The notes under the pieces were generated by a model that was given only the letters and a program-made list of their open reading frames with translations, was not told the origin of the DNA and did no database searches. Shown here in pieces: positions 20,406-32,090 of a DNA stretch of 64,000 nucleotides (positions within the stretch are counted from its first letter, which is position 1; the number at the start of each line of letters is the position of its first letter). Origin of the DNA: Schizochytrium sp. TIO01 (Eukaryota > Protista > Bigyra: Labyrinthulomycetes); assembly GCA_004764695.1 (NCBI GenBank), contig SMSO01000037.1, positions 658,747 through 722,746 of the forward strand, read 5' to 3'. The translations under genes were made by a program, and so were the position numbers.

Positions 20406-23400
20406 TTTCTTACCTAACCTCCACTTCTTATTAAAGATCTAACTAAGTATAATATATGATTAATATGAAACAAGCACATCGAAATATAAGTTATCGAAAT
20501 TTTAACGGTTTTTGTCATACTGCATATTTCGACCTATGGCGGACTTATAGATAAATTGTAGAAACACATAGATTACCTCAAGTGCTGTAAGAGACAAAGC
20601 CTTTCTTCCCTCACGGGCTTCTTGGCTTGCCATCTGCATTGAGAGGGAGGGACGGGCAGTCCTCTCCTCCGCCCCCCTCCCGCCTTGCCGCTGCTTCCTC
20701 CTCGCTCTCTGGCTCCCTCCCTCCCTTCCTCGCTTGCATGCCTGCTCGCTTGCTTGCTTGCCTGCTTGCTTACTCGCTTCTGGCTAGAACAGGCCCGAAT
20801 CAAACGCTAGAGAGCCTCGTCCTCTCTGCCTTGACACGTCCCCGCAGCTGCGGTGTTCTTGTGGAAGGAAGTGCATCGCCAACTCCCTCTCCCTCTCTGC
20901 TGCTCTGCTCTGTTTATGTGTCTCTATTACTCACTCGCTCACTCACCTATGAGGGGAAAAGGCAAAAAGGCCCTTTCGCCCTCTCAGTTTCGAAGATGGT
21001 CTCCCTGCGCAAATAAACTCACGCGTGGGTTCTTTCTTCTTGCTCTTCTCGTCCTCCTCGCCGCCATTGTCTTCGTCGTTGTCGCTGTCGTCGTTGCCGT
21101 TGTCGCTGTCGGTGTCGGTGTCGGTGTCGTCGTCGAAGCTGGAGCGAGCGGCTTCGTTTCACTGACTTTGGGGGCGGCTATAGCAGAAGCAGTACTAGCA
21201 GCAGCGGCTTTGCCAGGCCAGAGCGCTTCGGCGTTGGCAGGGGCCTCGGTACTGCCTGGCTTCCACCGTGCTCGGGAGTGGGGGAGGGGAGCGAAACGCA
21301 GCTGCCTGTTTGCTGACGGGGCGGGTTTGGCGGAGCTAGATGGAGGCCAGCGGAGGATGGCGCTGGAATCGTCTTCGTTCTTGTTCAAGACGAGCTTTGA
21401 GCGAGCGAAAGTTTCGTATAAATAAAAGCGCAGTGTGTGTGCCCGAATGCGCTGCTTTTTTCTTTTCTTTTCTTTTCTTTTTGTTTCGTTTCTTTTCGTT
21501 CCTTTCTCTTTGGCGTCTTCGTTTCATGGCTCTTGGTAGTCGGATTGCCATCGGTAGTGATAGACTCGAAGCTTCTTCTACTCAGATATCCATTTTAGCT
21601 ACCTGTCTTTTGTTTTGTTTTTGTTTGGTTTGTTTGTTTGTTGGTTGGTTGGTTGGTTGGTTTTATCGGGTCTTGCCGTGGAAATTTAGATTTCCTGGCA
21701 ACCCTGGAGCATAATGGGAAATCGAGTTTGGTCGGTCGGAGGGAGCTGAGGAGCAATTTGTTGCTATAGAGCCTCTAGCTGCCTACTGACTTGCGCTGTG
21801 TATATCCTCCATCATCTGGTGTATATTCTACTTCGGTCTGGACGCTCTCTCCTTTGTATTTTATCTTCTCTCGCTCAGTCTTCGGAGTCCTTTGTTGTAT
21901 TTTAATTCTATTGTGGCCTATATCTATGTAATTAAATAAATCCAATTAAATCAAATTATATATGCGTAATAATAATAGTAATTTAATAATCATAAAATAG
22001 CAACATAACACAATACTATAAACTTTCAAGTACGTAGAGACATGATAATGATAGATAATGCAGAAATCAAAGTGACAGCGATAGATAAAGAAAGACGAGA
22101 GCAGCCTTCGCCACAATAAAAAGCTTATCAACCACCTAGTCTCTTGATCTATCTACCAGCTAATCTTTCTTTAACTTGTAAGGGGTCGAATTTCGGGAAT
22201 ATGAATGTGACAGTGGAGGAGGCCCGACTTGCCCTCCTCGTGCCCTCTGGCGCCTTCCCCTTCAAATTGCCTCCTCAAGGCTTCTCCGCCTCGAGGCTGC
22301 TCTGAGAGAGAAAGAAGCAAGAATAAGAAGAACAGAACAGAACAACACAAACAACAACAAACGAGTTTTCTGTCACCTCTTTGTTGAGCAAGCACGCTTG
22401 CTGGCAAACCTTGCGCGCCTCCCTCCACACAGCGAAAAAGCACTTCCCAGCCGAGGGAGATATTGCTACGCTGATTTCACTCAGCATGAGAAGCACTTAT
22501 ACAGAGGCAGTGGAGCTCAGTAAAGAAACTTGAAACAACCAGCGAAATAAAGGAGTAGTTTTACAGTGCAGCATAGAGGGGGGAGGCGAATTTTGAGAGG
22601 AACGCTGCGGGAGCTTCACGAAAGGACCACAGTGAAGAAAAAAATGAAATGACACTTGGAGCTGAGCAGAGGAGATGGAAGGGATTCCAGTCCTGCAGCA
22701 AAGCACTGGTCTTTCCTTTTGAGGGGTGATGATTTTTTTAATTTATTTTTTTCTCTTTCCTTTCTTTCTTTCTTTCTTTCTTTCTTAGTTTATAAAACCC
22801 TCCTTTTCAAACTTTTATTCGCGTGAAAAAAAATAATGATCAAATGAAAAGGACCCCGAAACTCGAAGTTGAAGCAAGAAAGACAAAATTTTGCGGTGCT
22901 CGCGAAGACCTGAGAAAACGACCTGCCTGTGGATTGGGGGTGGGGAGGGAATCCACGGCGCTGGGTTAGCGTAGCCTATAATTTCCTCGAGGTGAGCGAC
23001 GCCCAAGTCGCCGTCCTCCACGCGCAACCGTCGGAGCTGTGGCGATGAATGAAGGAATGAATGAATGAATGACCTCCCCGAGAGATTTAGATTGGCAGAA
23101 ACAAATAAAGAAAAGGAAAACGATTTCCTTTCATCTCCGGCACCCCGCTCTCTTTCATTGATAACGAATAAGTACCTCACTAGCCAGCCCAACCACGGAG
23201 CGGCGGCAGGTTTTGAGATCGAGGAGAGCGTATATAGAATAGATCCATTTACAGAGAAGAAGCAATACCGATCGCGGCTTACTTCAAGTTTGCAGGAGTA
23301 ATACAAATGGTAAAGACCAAATAAAACTCGCCGCTTCTGGGAAACTGCGTGCAAGCCGCCATTGACAGTAGACGGAAAAGCCAAATTTTGTACTCTTGTA

Positions 23401-26400
23401 GGTGACTAGATTGCCTTACCAAATGACCTCCATCTTCTTCAACCCCTCCATTTCGCCTCTAGAGTAGCCCTGACTGAAATGTCTCCAGCGAGGAATTTGT
23501 TCAATTTCTAGCCAAGCAAATCTTTTGTAGTACTTGCTTTATAAAGTTCTTTTATGAAATATTTTAACTCAATTTAAAAAAGAAAGGGAAAAAAGTAACA
23601 ATTATAATTATAGTTGTTTTATAAAATAGTCGGTAGAGAGAGACATTCCATAGAGAGTACATAGAACAGATGCAGCCTTTTGACATCAATCATCAAACCA
23701 ACCAATCAACCACTCGTCAACCAACGGCCGAGGATGGTTTATAGTCAGCTATTCGAGCCAAGGCCGAGCGAGGCGTAGACAAACGGCCCTCAAGCCCACT
23801 CAGGAGGCCTGTTTTTGAGTGGAAACGCGGTGTATTTATATACCACCTCCCTCCCAAACGAACTACGTTCAATAGACAAATCGAGCGAATATATAATAGT
23901 AGCAGTGGGATGTTCTTTGTGAGGGAGCGGCCCCTCACTACAGCAAATCCCTCTCCTGTTGTATGGTGTAATAGCAGTAGTCCTTCCTTCAGAGCAATCG
24001 GAAAATTATGCTCTTTACTGATACAAGTATTCCGATTTGCCTCCCTCCTCTTCGTGCTCCACGAACTGTGCTCAGTCAGAGCGGGAGTTCCCGCGACGAA
24101 GAGACTTAGCAGCTGCAGCCTGGCACGGTGCTGCGGTGGTTGATTGATTCTTCGCCGACGCTTTGACTCTCCCCAGACTCACTCACCGCCGTTCATTGAC
24201 GAACTCGAACTCTGTTTTGGTACACAAATCGATCGATCTCTCCGTGTGTTCATCAATTATGCATCACAGCTCAACTGCAACGGACCAAAAATACTTCATT
24301 TATTTTATTTTTAAGTAATATCATATGATACACAAATATATATATATAAACTTATCTTTAGAGTGCTATAATCAGCTAGCACCCACTAACGGTTCCTGAG
24401 CTCTTTCGTTTCGCCTCGGAGGCCTACCCAGGTATCGAAATCGCCTCAAGACAGCAGCATCACACTGAGCACCGAGACCTGCTACTCGCTGCTGGCGCCG
24501 ACGAGGCTGCGCGGACCTCCAAACTCCGTGGGCTAGTTAGCTGCCGCTTCGTGCGTCTAGACCTTCACGAGGCAGGCACCGGCGGCCGTCTCGATTTGAA
24601 GACGATGGATGATGCTTCAACCCGGGTTCTTCTCCAGGCTCTGCTTGCCTTTTCTGCAGAACCCCACGAGGGTCGAGCTCGCGCGTGAGCGAATGACCGT
24701 ACAACGGCACCCTTTGGCGTCTCTTTGTGTAGGGCAGTATACCACCAGCGACAGCTTCTTCTGCTCCACCTCGGCTTTGAGTGCTGCATGAGCGAGCCTC
24801 ATCTACCTCGTGTAAGCTACCTATGGCGCTCGGTCTCCGCCATTGCCACACCCGCTGTAGCGGTGGAGAGAGATTGCGGGCGAGAGCGAGTTCTAGTTGA
24901 CGCTAGTTCTCAGTCGCCCTCGCTCTTTGCCTGCCATCTCATGATATCGTGTGCTCCGCGCACGAGGGATGGTCGCTTTGAGGCCAATTCTAATTGAAGA
25001 ACTCCGGCTCATAGACGGCAGAGCCGACAGTCTGAGGTCTTCAACGAAGGCTCTGGGGCCAGCCACGAACGGCACCCAGCTTGAAGCAAAGCTCTACTAG
25101 CTCGATTGAAAAAACAACACCAAATGGTCGTCGGGAGCGAGTTCTTCGAGTTCTTCGAAGTTCGCAGCCAGCGGCGATGCAGTATCTAAGTTAGCGCTTG
25201 CCAGCAATGCTCGCTCTCACCTTGGGTTGGGCCAGTGAAGCAGCCGGTGCTTCTCGAAGCAAATTTACGTAGGGGACACGGCGTGGAGCTGTTAGTCCCT
25301 GATCTGGCTGAGGGCATTTGTACGCAAGCGAAGAGCTTTGGCTCTAGGGCGTGCTAAACGAGCAAGCGAAAACCTCCTACGCAGGCTTTGGGCTGTAGAC
25401 AAGTCTGGCCAGAGAAGGGTTCCATTTAATTATCGAAAAAGAAAGAAATAATGTAGAATGTCACAAAATGTTTGCTCTGCAAAATAAAATAATAATTACT
25501 TTCATTACATTGTAAGTTGTTTTAATCAATAATAATTATAATAAACAGACAGAAAGAAAGGAAGAAAGAAAGAAAGAATGCCAGAATCTGCCTCGGAAGA
25601 GGGAAATCAAGAGCTTATGTACTCAAGCTTGGGGTAGCTGGAGCTCGGGAAGCCAGGGGCGCTCAAGGGCGCCCAAGCTACGCGAGCATACAGAGAGTGT
25701 GAAGTCGGGAGCAGACTTTGGGCTACGCGTATTTCAGGCGCATCGAGTATTCCATCAAAGTCTGTTGAAAACTTTGGGAAGAACGTTTCTTATTCTCTGT
25801 TTACCCTATGGTCAATTGTGATGTCGCGGTATACATACATACAGACAGACATACATACATACCTCTGTTCGACTGCCATAGCCGTACTTAGCATCATCGT
25901 TTCAATTAGGTACCCACAGTACCATTTACTTACCTAGCACGCTATGTATGGATGGCAGTTTGAGAAGGAGAAAAGAAGAAGAGAAAAGGAAAAGAAAAAG
26001 GAGAGAGAAGGAAAGAACTTTGAAAGAAAGAGAGGCTTTGCCAAATTGGTGACCGCGATGATGAATCTCAACAACAAAATATTGCGTTGGAGTCCGCATT
26101 ACAGCGCCAAGCGAGTCCAGGAAACCTTCGTGAAGACGGGAGGAAGGCACATGCCCTGGAGAAGAATCAAAGAGAGGCATAATATAGTAACACGCCGAGG
26201 GCGGCCCGGAGCCCTCGGAAGCCTCTGAGTCCCGGCGAAAAACGCTCGCCGATGATGGTCCTATCAAGTCGGAGGTGCGCGTTGAAAATCTTGGATGTGC
26301 TTTCCACAATTGAGGTTATTTGTGTGGAGAGAGATTCCCACAACAGTGCTTCCCCCGATAGAAAATTGAACGACTTCTTACAGCACACGCCCGGCCATAA

Positions 26401-27108
26401 TTTCTTTAACCCGGGTTCACAGCGTAGGCCTGGCTGCCCCTCACATCACGAATCAAACTCTCTCCCGGAGAGACTCTCCAGTACTTTTAATACCTGCACA
26501 CTCTTGTTGTGAGGGGCGAATCCCAAAAATGCCCCGCAGAGATTTTCGTGACTGAAGATACTTGGCAACGCACCTCGCTCGATGCGGGGAGATGAATCGA
26601 GCTGCGGTAGAGGACTGCGGTGAAGCGATTAGGCTTTGCGGGGCACTTGTTGTGAGGAGAGTCAAAAGTCCTTTTGGTCGCCGCAGCGTATCAACAGCAG
26701 CAAACCAAAAGGTGCCTCACGACAGCGCTAAACAGAGCTCTCAGCGCCTTCGCAAGCGAGTTTCTTCACCGCAAAAGAAACTGGAAGCCGCAGTGATCCT
26801 CTCATCGTCGCGTATATATCAAGCAATGCTTCGATTGCCCAAGATTTGTTCATCGAAGCAAAGCTTTCTTCCGTTCCATCAATCGGTCTCATCGATCAAT
26901 CAATCAATCAATCAATCAATCAGCCAATCGATCTATGAATTCTATTTTCGGCCAATTTATACCTAGCTACTTCTTAGGCTCCCAAGCGATCATCCACCAA
27001 GCGAGCAATAGTTGACTGCGCCCTTTGGCTTCTTTCTTTCTTGAGCTTGAATTCATTCGCCTATCGTCACGCTGATCAGCGGATCAAAAAAAGAAAAAAA
27101 AAAAAAAT

Positions 27109-27149
<41 letters not shown>

Positions 27150-27210
27150 TCAGAAGGAGCGAGTCTTCGCAAACACTTCGGCCTCGCACGCAGAGAGGGC
27201 AAGGCCCAGG

Positions 27211-27265
27211 CCAAGCCAAGCCAAGCCAAGCCAAGCCAAGCCAAGCCAAGCCAAGCCAAGCCAAG
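27211..27265. repeat. (CCAAG)11 microsatellite, close to an (AG)n tract at about 27108-27146
   Basis: Directly visible. Confidence 0.92.
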
Positions 27266-28793
27266 AGAGCGGAGCTGGAGGCTTCGGAGGGAGAAAGGAC
27301 GCATGAAGGCGCCCATCGCAGGCTTTTCTCTCTTTTATTTTCATCGCTCGCGTCCCTGAAAAATCTTTTGTTTTGCCCTTTCTCGTTTCTTTCTTCTTTC
27401 TCGATCTGAAAAGAAAGAAAGAGAAGGGAAGAGAAGAGAAGAACGCAACTGTAACTAATAAACTAACTAACTAACTAACTAACTGGCGAACTTGCCAAGC
27501 AAAAACAATCAGCAAACCGAAATTGCCCATCGCAGCGGCGCCAGGAGGCAGCAGGAGGCAACGGGAGGCAGCGGCGCGTAGGGTCGCGAAGAGAAGAGCG
27601 GGAAAGAGCAGGAACAGGTATTCATTCGCTCACTCGCGCGACGAATCAGCCCTCGTCTTGGACTTGGGGCCTGTTTTCCTTCTCTTTCCACTCCATTTCT
27701 TCGTCTTTCCTTTTAGAGTCCTCTATTTCCTCTTTCTTTCTCCTTTTCTTTCTCCTTTTCTTCTTCGCTCTCCCTCTGTGAGATAGTGATTGTCTGTCTG
27801 TTTGTTTATTTGTTTATTTGGTTGGTTGGCTTTTTGTTTGGTTTGCTTTCATATTCTTCGCTGTCCACACTCATTTTCCCAACAACAACATAGACAGAAG
27901 AAGACAACAAACATCGCGGCAGACCAGACAGCGAAGAAGGGGCGCCGCCAAAACCCTTTCTCGCTCTGAGAGGTGCTCCTGGAGATTCTCCGGAGAGATT
28001 CATCTATCTCTATCTATCTGTCTGCCTGTCTCCTTGTACGCAGTAGCTGCAAGCAGGCTCTGCAGGGATCAACAATACGAAAGAAGCAAAGAATCAGCTC
28101 AGAAACTTACACTCAGATAGAATTGAAAGCTTCCTTTCGTTCATAAGTTGTTTTATTTTGTTTTTCTTTTTTTAATTTATTCTAATCTCTTTTTTAAATA
28201 TAGAACATATAGTAAATAATTGAGGGAAAAAAGAATAGAAAGAAAAAAAAAAAAAAAAGAGTTAAAAGGAAACAATAACACAACAGCAGCACAAAACAAA
28301 ACAATAAAGAAACAGAAACAAACAAACAAACAAACAAACAATTAATTGATCGATCGATCGATCAATCGATCAATCGAAGAAGGCACCGCCAGCGACTACT
28401 GCTTCGAAGCAGCGCCGCGGCACTCACTCCGGCGGCCAGGCAGCAGCGCAGCGCAACACAGCGCAGCGGCGAAGACCCCTTCGAGCAGCAGGAAGCGGCA
28501 GCGGCAGCGCAGCGACTCCCGAGCCGTGGTCTCCTTCAGCTTGCTTGTGCTTTGGCCGCTTGCTTTCTCTGCCTCCAGACTCAACATCAAGGCGCATCAC
28601 CCCCCGCCACACCTGCTGGTGGAGGAGGAGTGCGACCAAGACGGAAGACAGCCTCGCTCGCTAGGCGCAGCACCGCTGCGGAGGGCGAGGGCGGCCACAC
28701 CAGCTTGCTCACCCCTCCGCCACGGGCGCGAGCCCCGGTGATAGTAGTGGCAGAGTTAAGCAGCACTCGCTCGCTCGTATAGAGCGTATATAA

Positions 28794-28848
28794 TACATAC
28801 ATACATACATACATACATACATACATACATACATACATACATACATAC
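28794..28848. repeat. (CATA)n microsatellite
   Basis: Directly visible. Confidence 0.92.
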
Positions 28849-29269
28849 GTACGATATATAGACATTAGAGATATCTTCTATCTGTCTGTCTGTACCTGTC
28901 GGTGGCAGCACTTTGGCATCTGACTGAGTAGGTCGCAAAGGGGCATATCGGGTCGATTGACGAGCCTGAGCTGAGCAGGCCGCGGCACTAGTTGAGAAGA
29001 GCTCAAGCCGGAAAACTTGAGCTTTTGACTTATTTAGGTGTGCCTCTCTCTTTTCTTTTCCTTTCTTATTTTTTATTCCTTCTTCCCCCTTTGTGTGTAC
29101 ATTGTTGAGGTCTAGCGAGGACCTCCTGGCGAAAACAAGCGAGTAAGCAAGCAAAAGGTCGCAGATTGGCGTTTATTTTTGTACATTGTGGTCTTCAGTC
29201 GTCTCGGATGACGATTTGAGAAACGACAAATCATTTTAGCAAATCACATTGAATGCCAATAAGCGCAGA

Positions 29270-29347
29270 ATGCAGAATAGGAACTCACAGGAAGGACATC
29301 CAGACCAGAGCTTAAGTCTTCGACATTTTAAACAATTGCAGGAACTT

Positions 29348-29379
<32 letters not shown>

Positions 29380-31510
29380 AAGAGAAGAGCAGCAAAAGCA
29401 ACTTCAGCGACTCCAAGAAGAACAGCGCCGCCAGCGCGAAGAAGGGCAACAGTCCAGCTCCCAGGAACAACAGCAGGTATATTACCAACAACAGACTGCA
29501 CACGTCTCCAACCAAAACATGATGAATCAGAACTTCTCGCAGCAACCACAACAGCAACCGCAATTCCAAACCCAGCAACAAATGGACCAGAACCAACAGG
29601 GCCAGCAGCAACAGATGATGCAGCAACCACAGCAGCAGCCCATGAATTATGGTGGCTTCTTTCCCGCCTATGGTGTCTACATGGGAGCCCCAGGTAATCC
29701 CCAAGGCACAATGATGCAGGGAAACACACCACAACCTTATATTTACTACGGTGCATACCCTATGGGAATGCAACAGCAACAGCCACAACAACTTCAGCAA
29801 CAGCCCCAACAGCTTCAGCAGCAACAACAGCAACAGCAGCCAAACCTTTCGCCACAATTACAATCTCAACAACAGAGTAGTAACGGAATGACACAACACA
29901 AACCGGAAAATAAGTCAACCTTCTCCTCATCGTCATCAATACCCAGCACATTTCAAGACTCGAATCAAAAATCATCAAACCGTCAGTCCCTCACGAACCA
30001 GAAAAACCAATTGCAACAGCTTTTGCAGAACCTGTCATCCTCACAACCGCAGCAGCAGCAGCAACAACAACAACAAAACAACCCGGCATCTCATGGAATG
30101 CCAATGTCATCGTTTACCGGACCTACCATTCGCGAGTTCGGCTCGTCGTCGGGATCTAGCAGTGGAAGCAGCGGTGGAAGCTCAAGTGATGAAGAAAGCA
30201 GTAGCAACAGCAGCAAGAGCGAGAAGAACGCCTTGACATCCGCACGCGGTATGTCTTCTTCAAGCCCCTCCTTCAATCCCAACACATCCAACAATGGTAA
30301 TTCCTCATCCCCTTCCAACGCATCACCAAACTTCAACAACGGCAACATGATCAACCACTCCGGAACACCTCCTCCAAACATGGCGTACCCGCAGCAGCAG
30401 CAACAACAACAGATGCAATTCCCCGGCATGCCAATGGGCCAACAGGCCTTTCCAATGAACTTTGTCATGCAGCCCCAGCCGCCCTATCAAGGTTACCAAG
30501 TCGATAATCAACAGAACGGTAATGATGGAAATAATGGCAAGTATGGACCAGGATTTGTCTTTGCTCCAAATAATGCTTTTCAGTCATTTGCACCTGGCTA
30601 CCCAATGTTCTACAGCCAGCCGCAAAATATGCAGCCAGGACATGTATTCATGATGCCTGGTATGCGTGCGTACGAGGAAGACCTCAACGCGCGAAGGCAG
30701 AAAAGCAATAGCTCTAAATATCGAGGAGTATCTTGGCATAAACGAGGCAAAAAGTGGATTGCGCGAATCTGGATCAACGGGAGAAGCGAACATCTCGGTG
30801 TCTACTCATCTGAGATTCAAGCAGCTCTGGCTGTCGATGAACGCCTAGTGGAACTCGGGGAGAGTGGCCACTCGTTGAACTTTCCAGATATTGAAATCCG
30901 CAAGCAGCTTGCTGAGTCGTACAAAAAGGGCGCTCGTAAAATCAATGGTTCCTCATCATCGTCTTCTTCAAATCGAGGTGGTGCTGAGCAAAATAACTCT
31001 GACTCTAACTCTAGCGATAAGAATTCCAGCACCGGTTCCACAGATAAGGACACATTATCCCAAGACCCTGGTGAAGATGGCCAAAACTTGGCAAGGAGGG
31101 CACGCTCAACCTCTTCGCATGTTTCATCCCACTCGCGCCACCATCACCACCATCACCACCGTGCGCCTTCGTCCATTACAAGTTTGCCGCAAGATCCACA
31201 AAACATTTTGTCACGAGTAGTTTCTGGATCTCAAGGTTTGAAGCGTCGTGCTCTTGACTCTTCCAATGATGAACTGACCCCTGATGTCCCTAGTGGTTCT
31301 TCCCGCTCAAGCGGTTCTGGATCCAATGGCTCGCCTGAAAAACGAAAGTCCTCGGACGAAGAAGATAACCTCGACAGTGGCGAAAACAATGGATCCCACG
31401 CGTCTCGTATCAAAGCTTCCTCGACGTCTTCAATGAAGAGCTCTTCAAGCTCAACCTCCAAACACAGTGGCACCACATCCACAACCCTCGGAAAGAGGAA
31501 ACACCCCTGA
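29270..31510 (+). CDS. AP2/ERF-domain transcription factor with polyQ and Ser-rich regions
   Basis: AP2 domain SSKYRGVSWHKRGKKWIARIWINGRSEHLGVYSSEIQAALAVD..LNFP. First in-frame ATG at 29270. Gln-rich activation-type regions and a C-terminal KRK are present. Confidence 0.9.
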
Positions 31511-31991
31511 ATTTTTTTCTCCCCCTGATTTGCATATGTTTTATTCCCATCTACAAGTCATTTTTGATCATCATATTTTAGTGTCCTATTTTCAGTCGCA
31601 ACTGCAATTTCCCAGGATCTTGCGATCCCCCCAATTTTTTTTGCCATCTATTACCTAGGTAGAAAATGTGTGATGCCACTCAGGCCAATGTGTTACTTAA
31701 ATAAATCCAAAGGTAAAGGGGATTTTAGAATGGCCTCTGCTGATGATCGTGCACCGCAATTCAATTACAGCACTTCTTCGGTAGTCTTTCTATTAATAAT
31801 CCATATATATTTATATACATAATTATAAAACTCAAGCTTCTAAATCATCTAGAGTCCCAACCTTCAAGATTTCGCAATCTTCCGGTGCTCCTAGTTACTA
31901 AATCTATTGCCAGTATCTTTCACCCATCGCTACCGCGCTTTTTGGGCAAAAGCTCACTCATTACATCGTTCCAATGTCGTAGCGTAGGCCC

Positions 31992-32090
31992 ACATACATA
32001 CATACATACATACATACATACATACATACATACATACATACATACATACATACATACATACATACATACATACATACATACATACATACA
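31992..32090. repeat. (CATA)n microsatellite, about 25 units
   Basis: Directly visible. Confidence 0.93.

Larger units (their letters stand above)
18321..20536 (-). mobile_element. IS607-family transposon (serine transposase + Fanzor2), apparently intact
   Basis: Overlapping tnpA and Fanzor2 ORFs. TAGG (minus strand) occurs at both inferred junctions, 20536-20533 and 18324-18321, matching the GG crossover core known for IS607. There are no terminal inverted repeats, and short repeated motifs lie near both ends. The right end is well supported; the left end is inferred. Confidence 0.88.

Noticed and set aside
20627-21714. ORFs next to the transposon left end as possible cargo genes
   Set aside because: They lie outside the inferred TAGG boundary, are low-complexity and are absent from the second copy.
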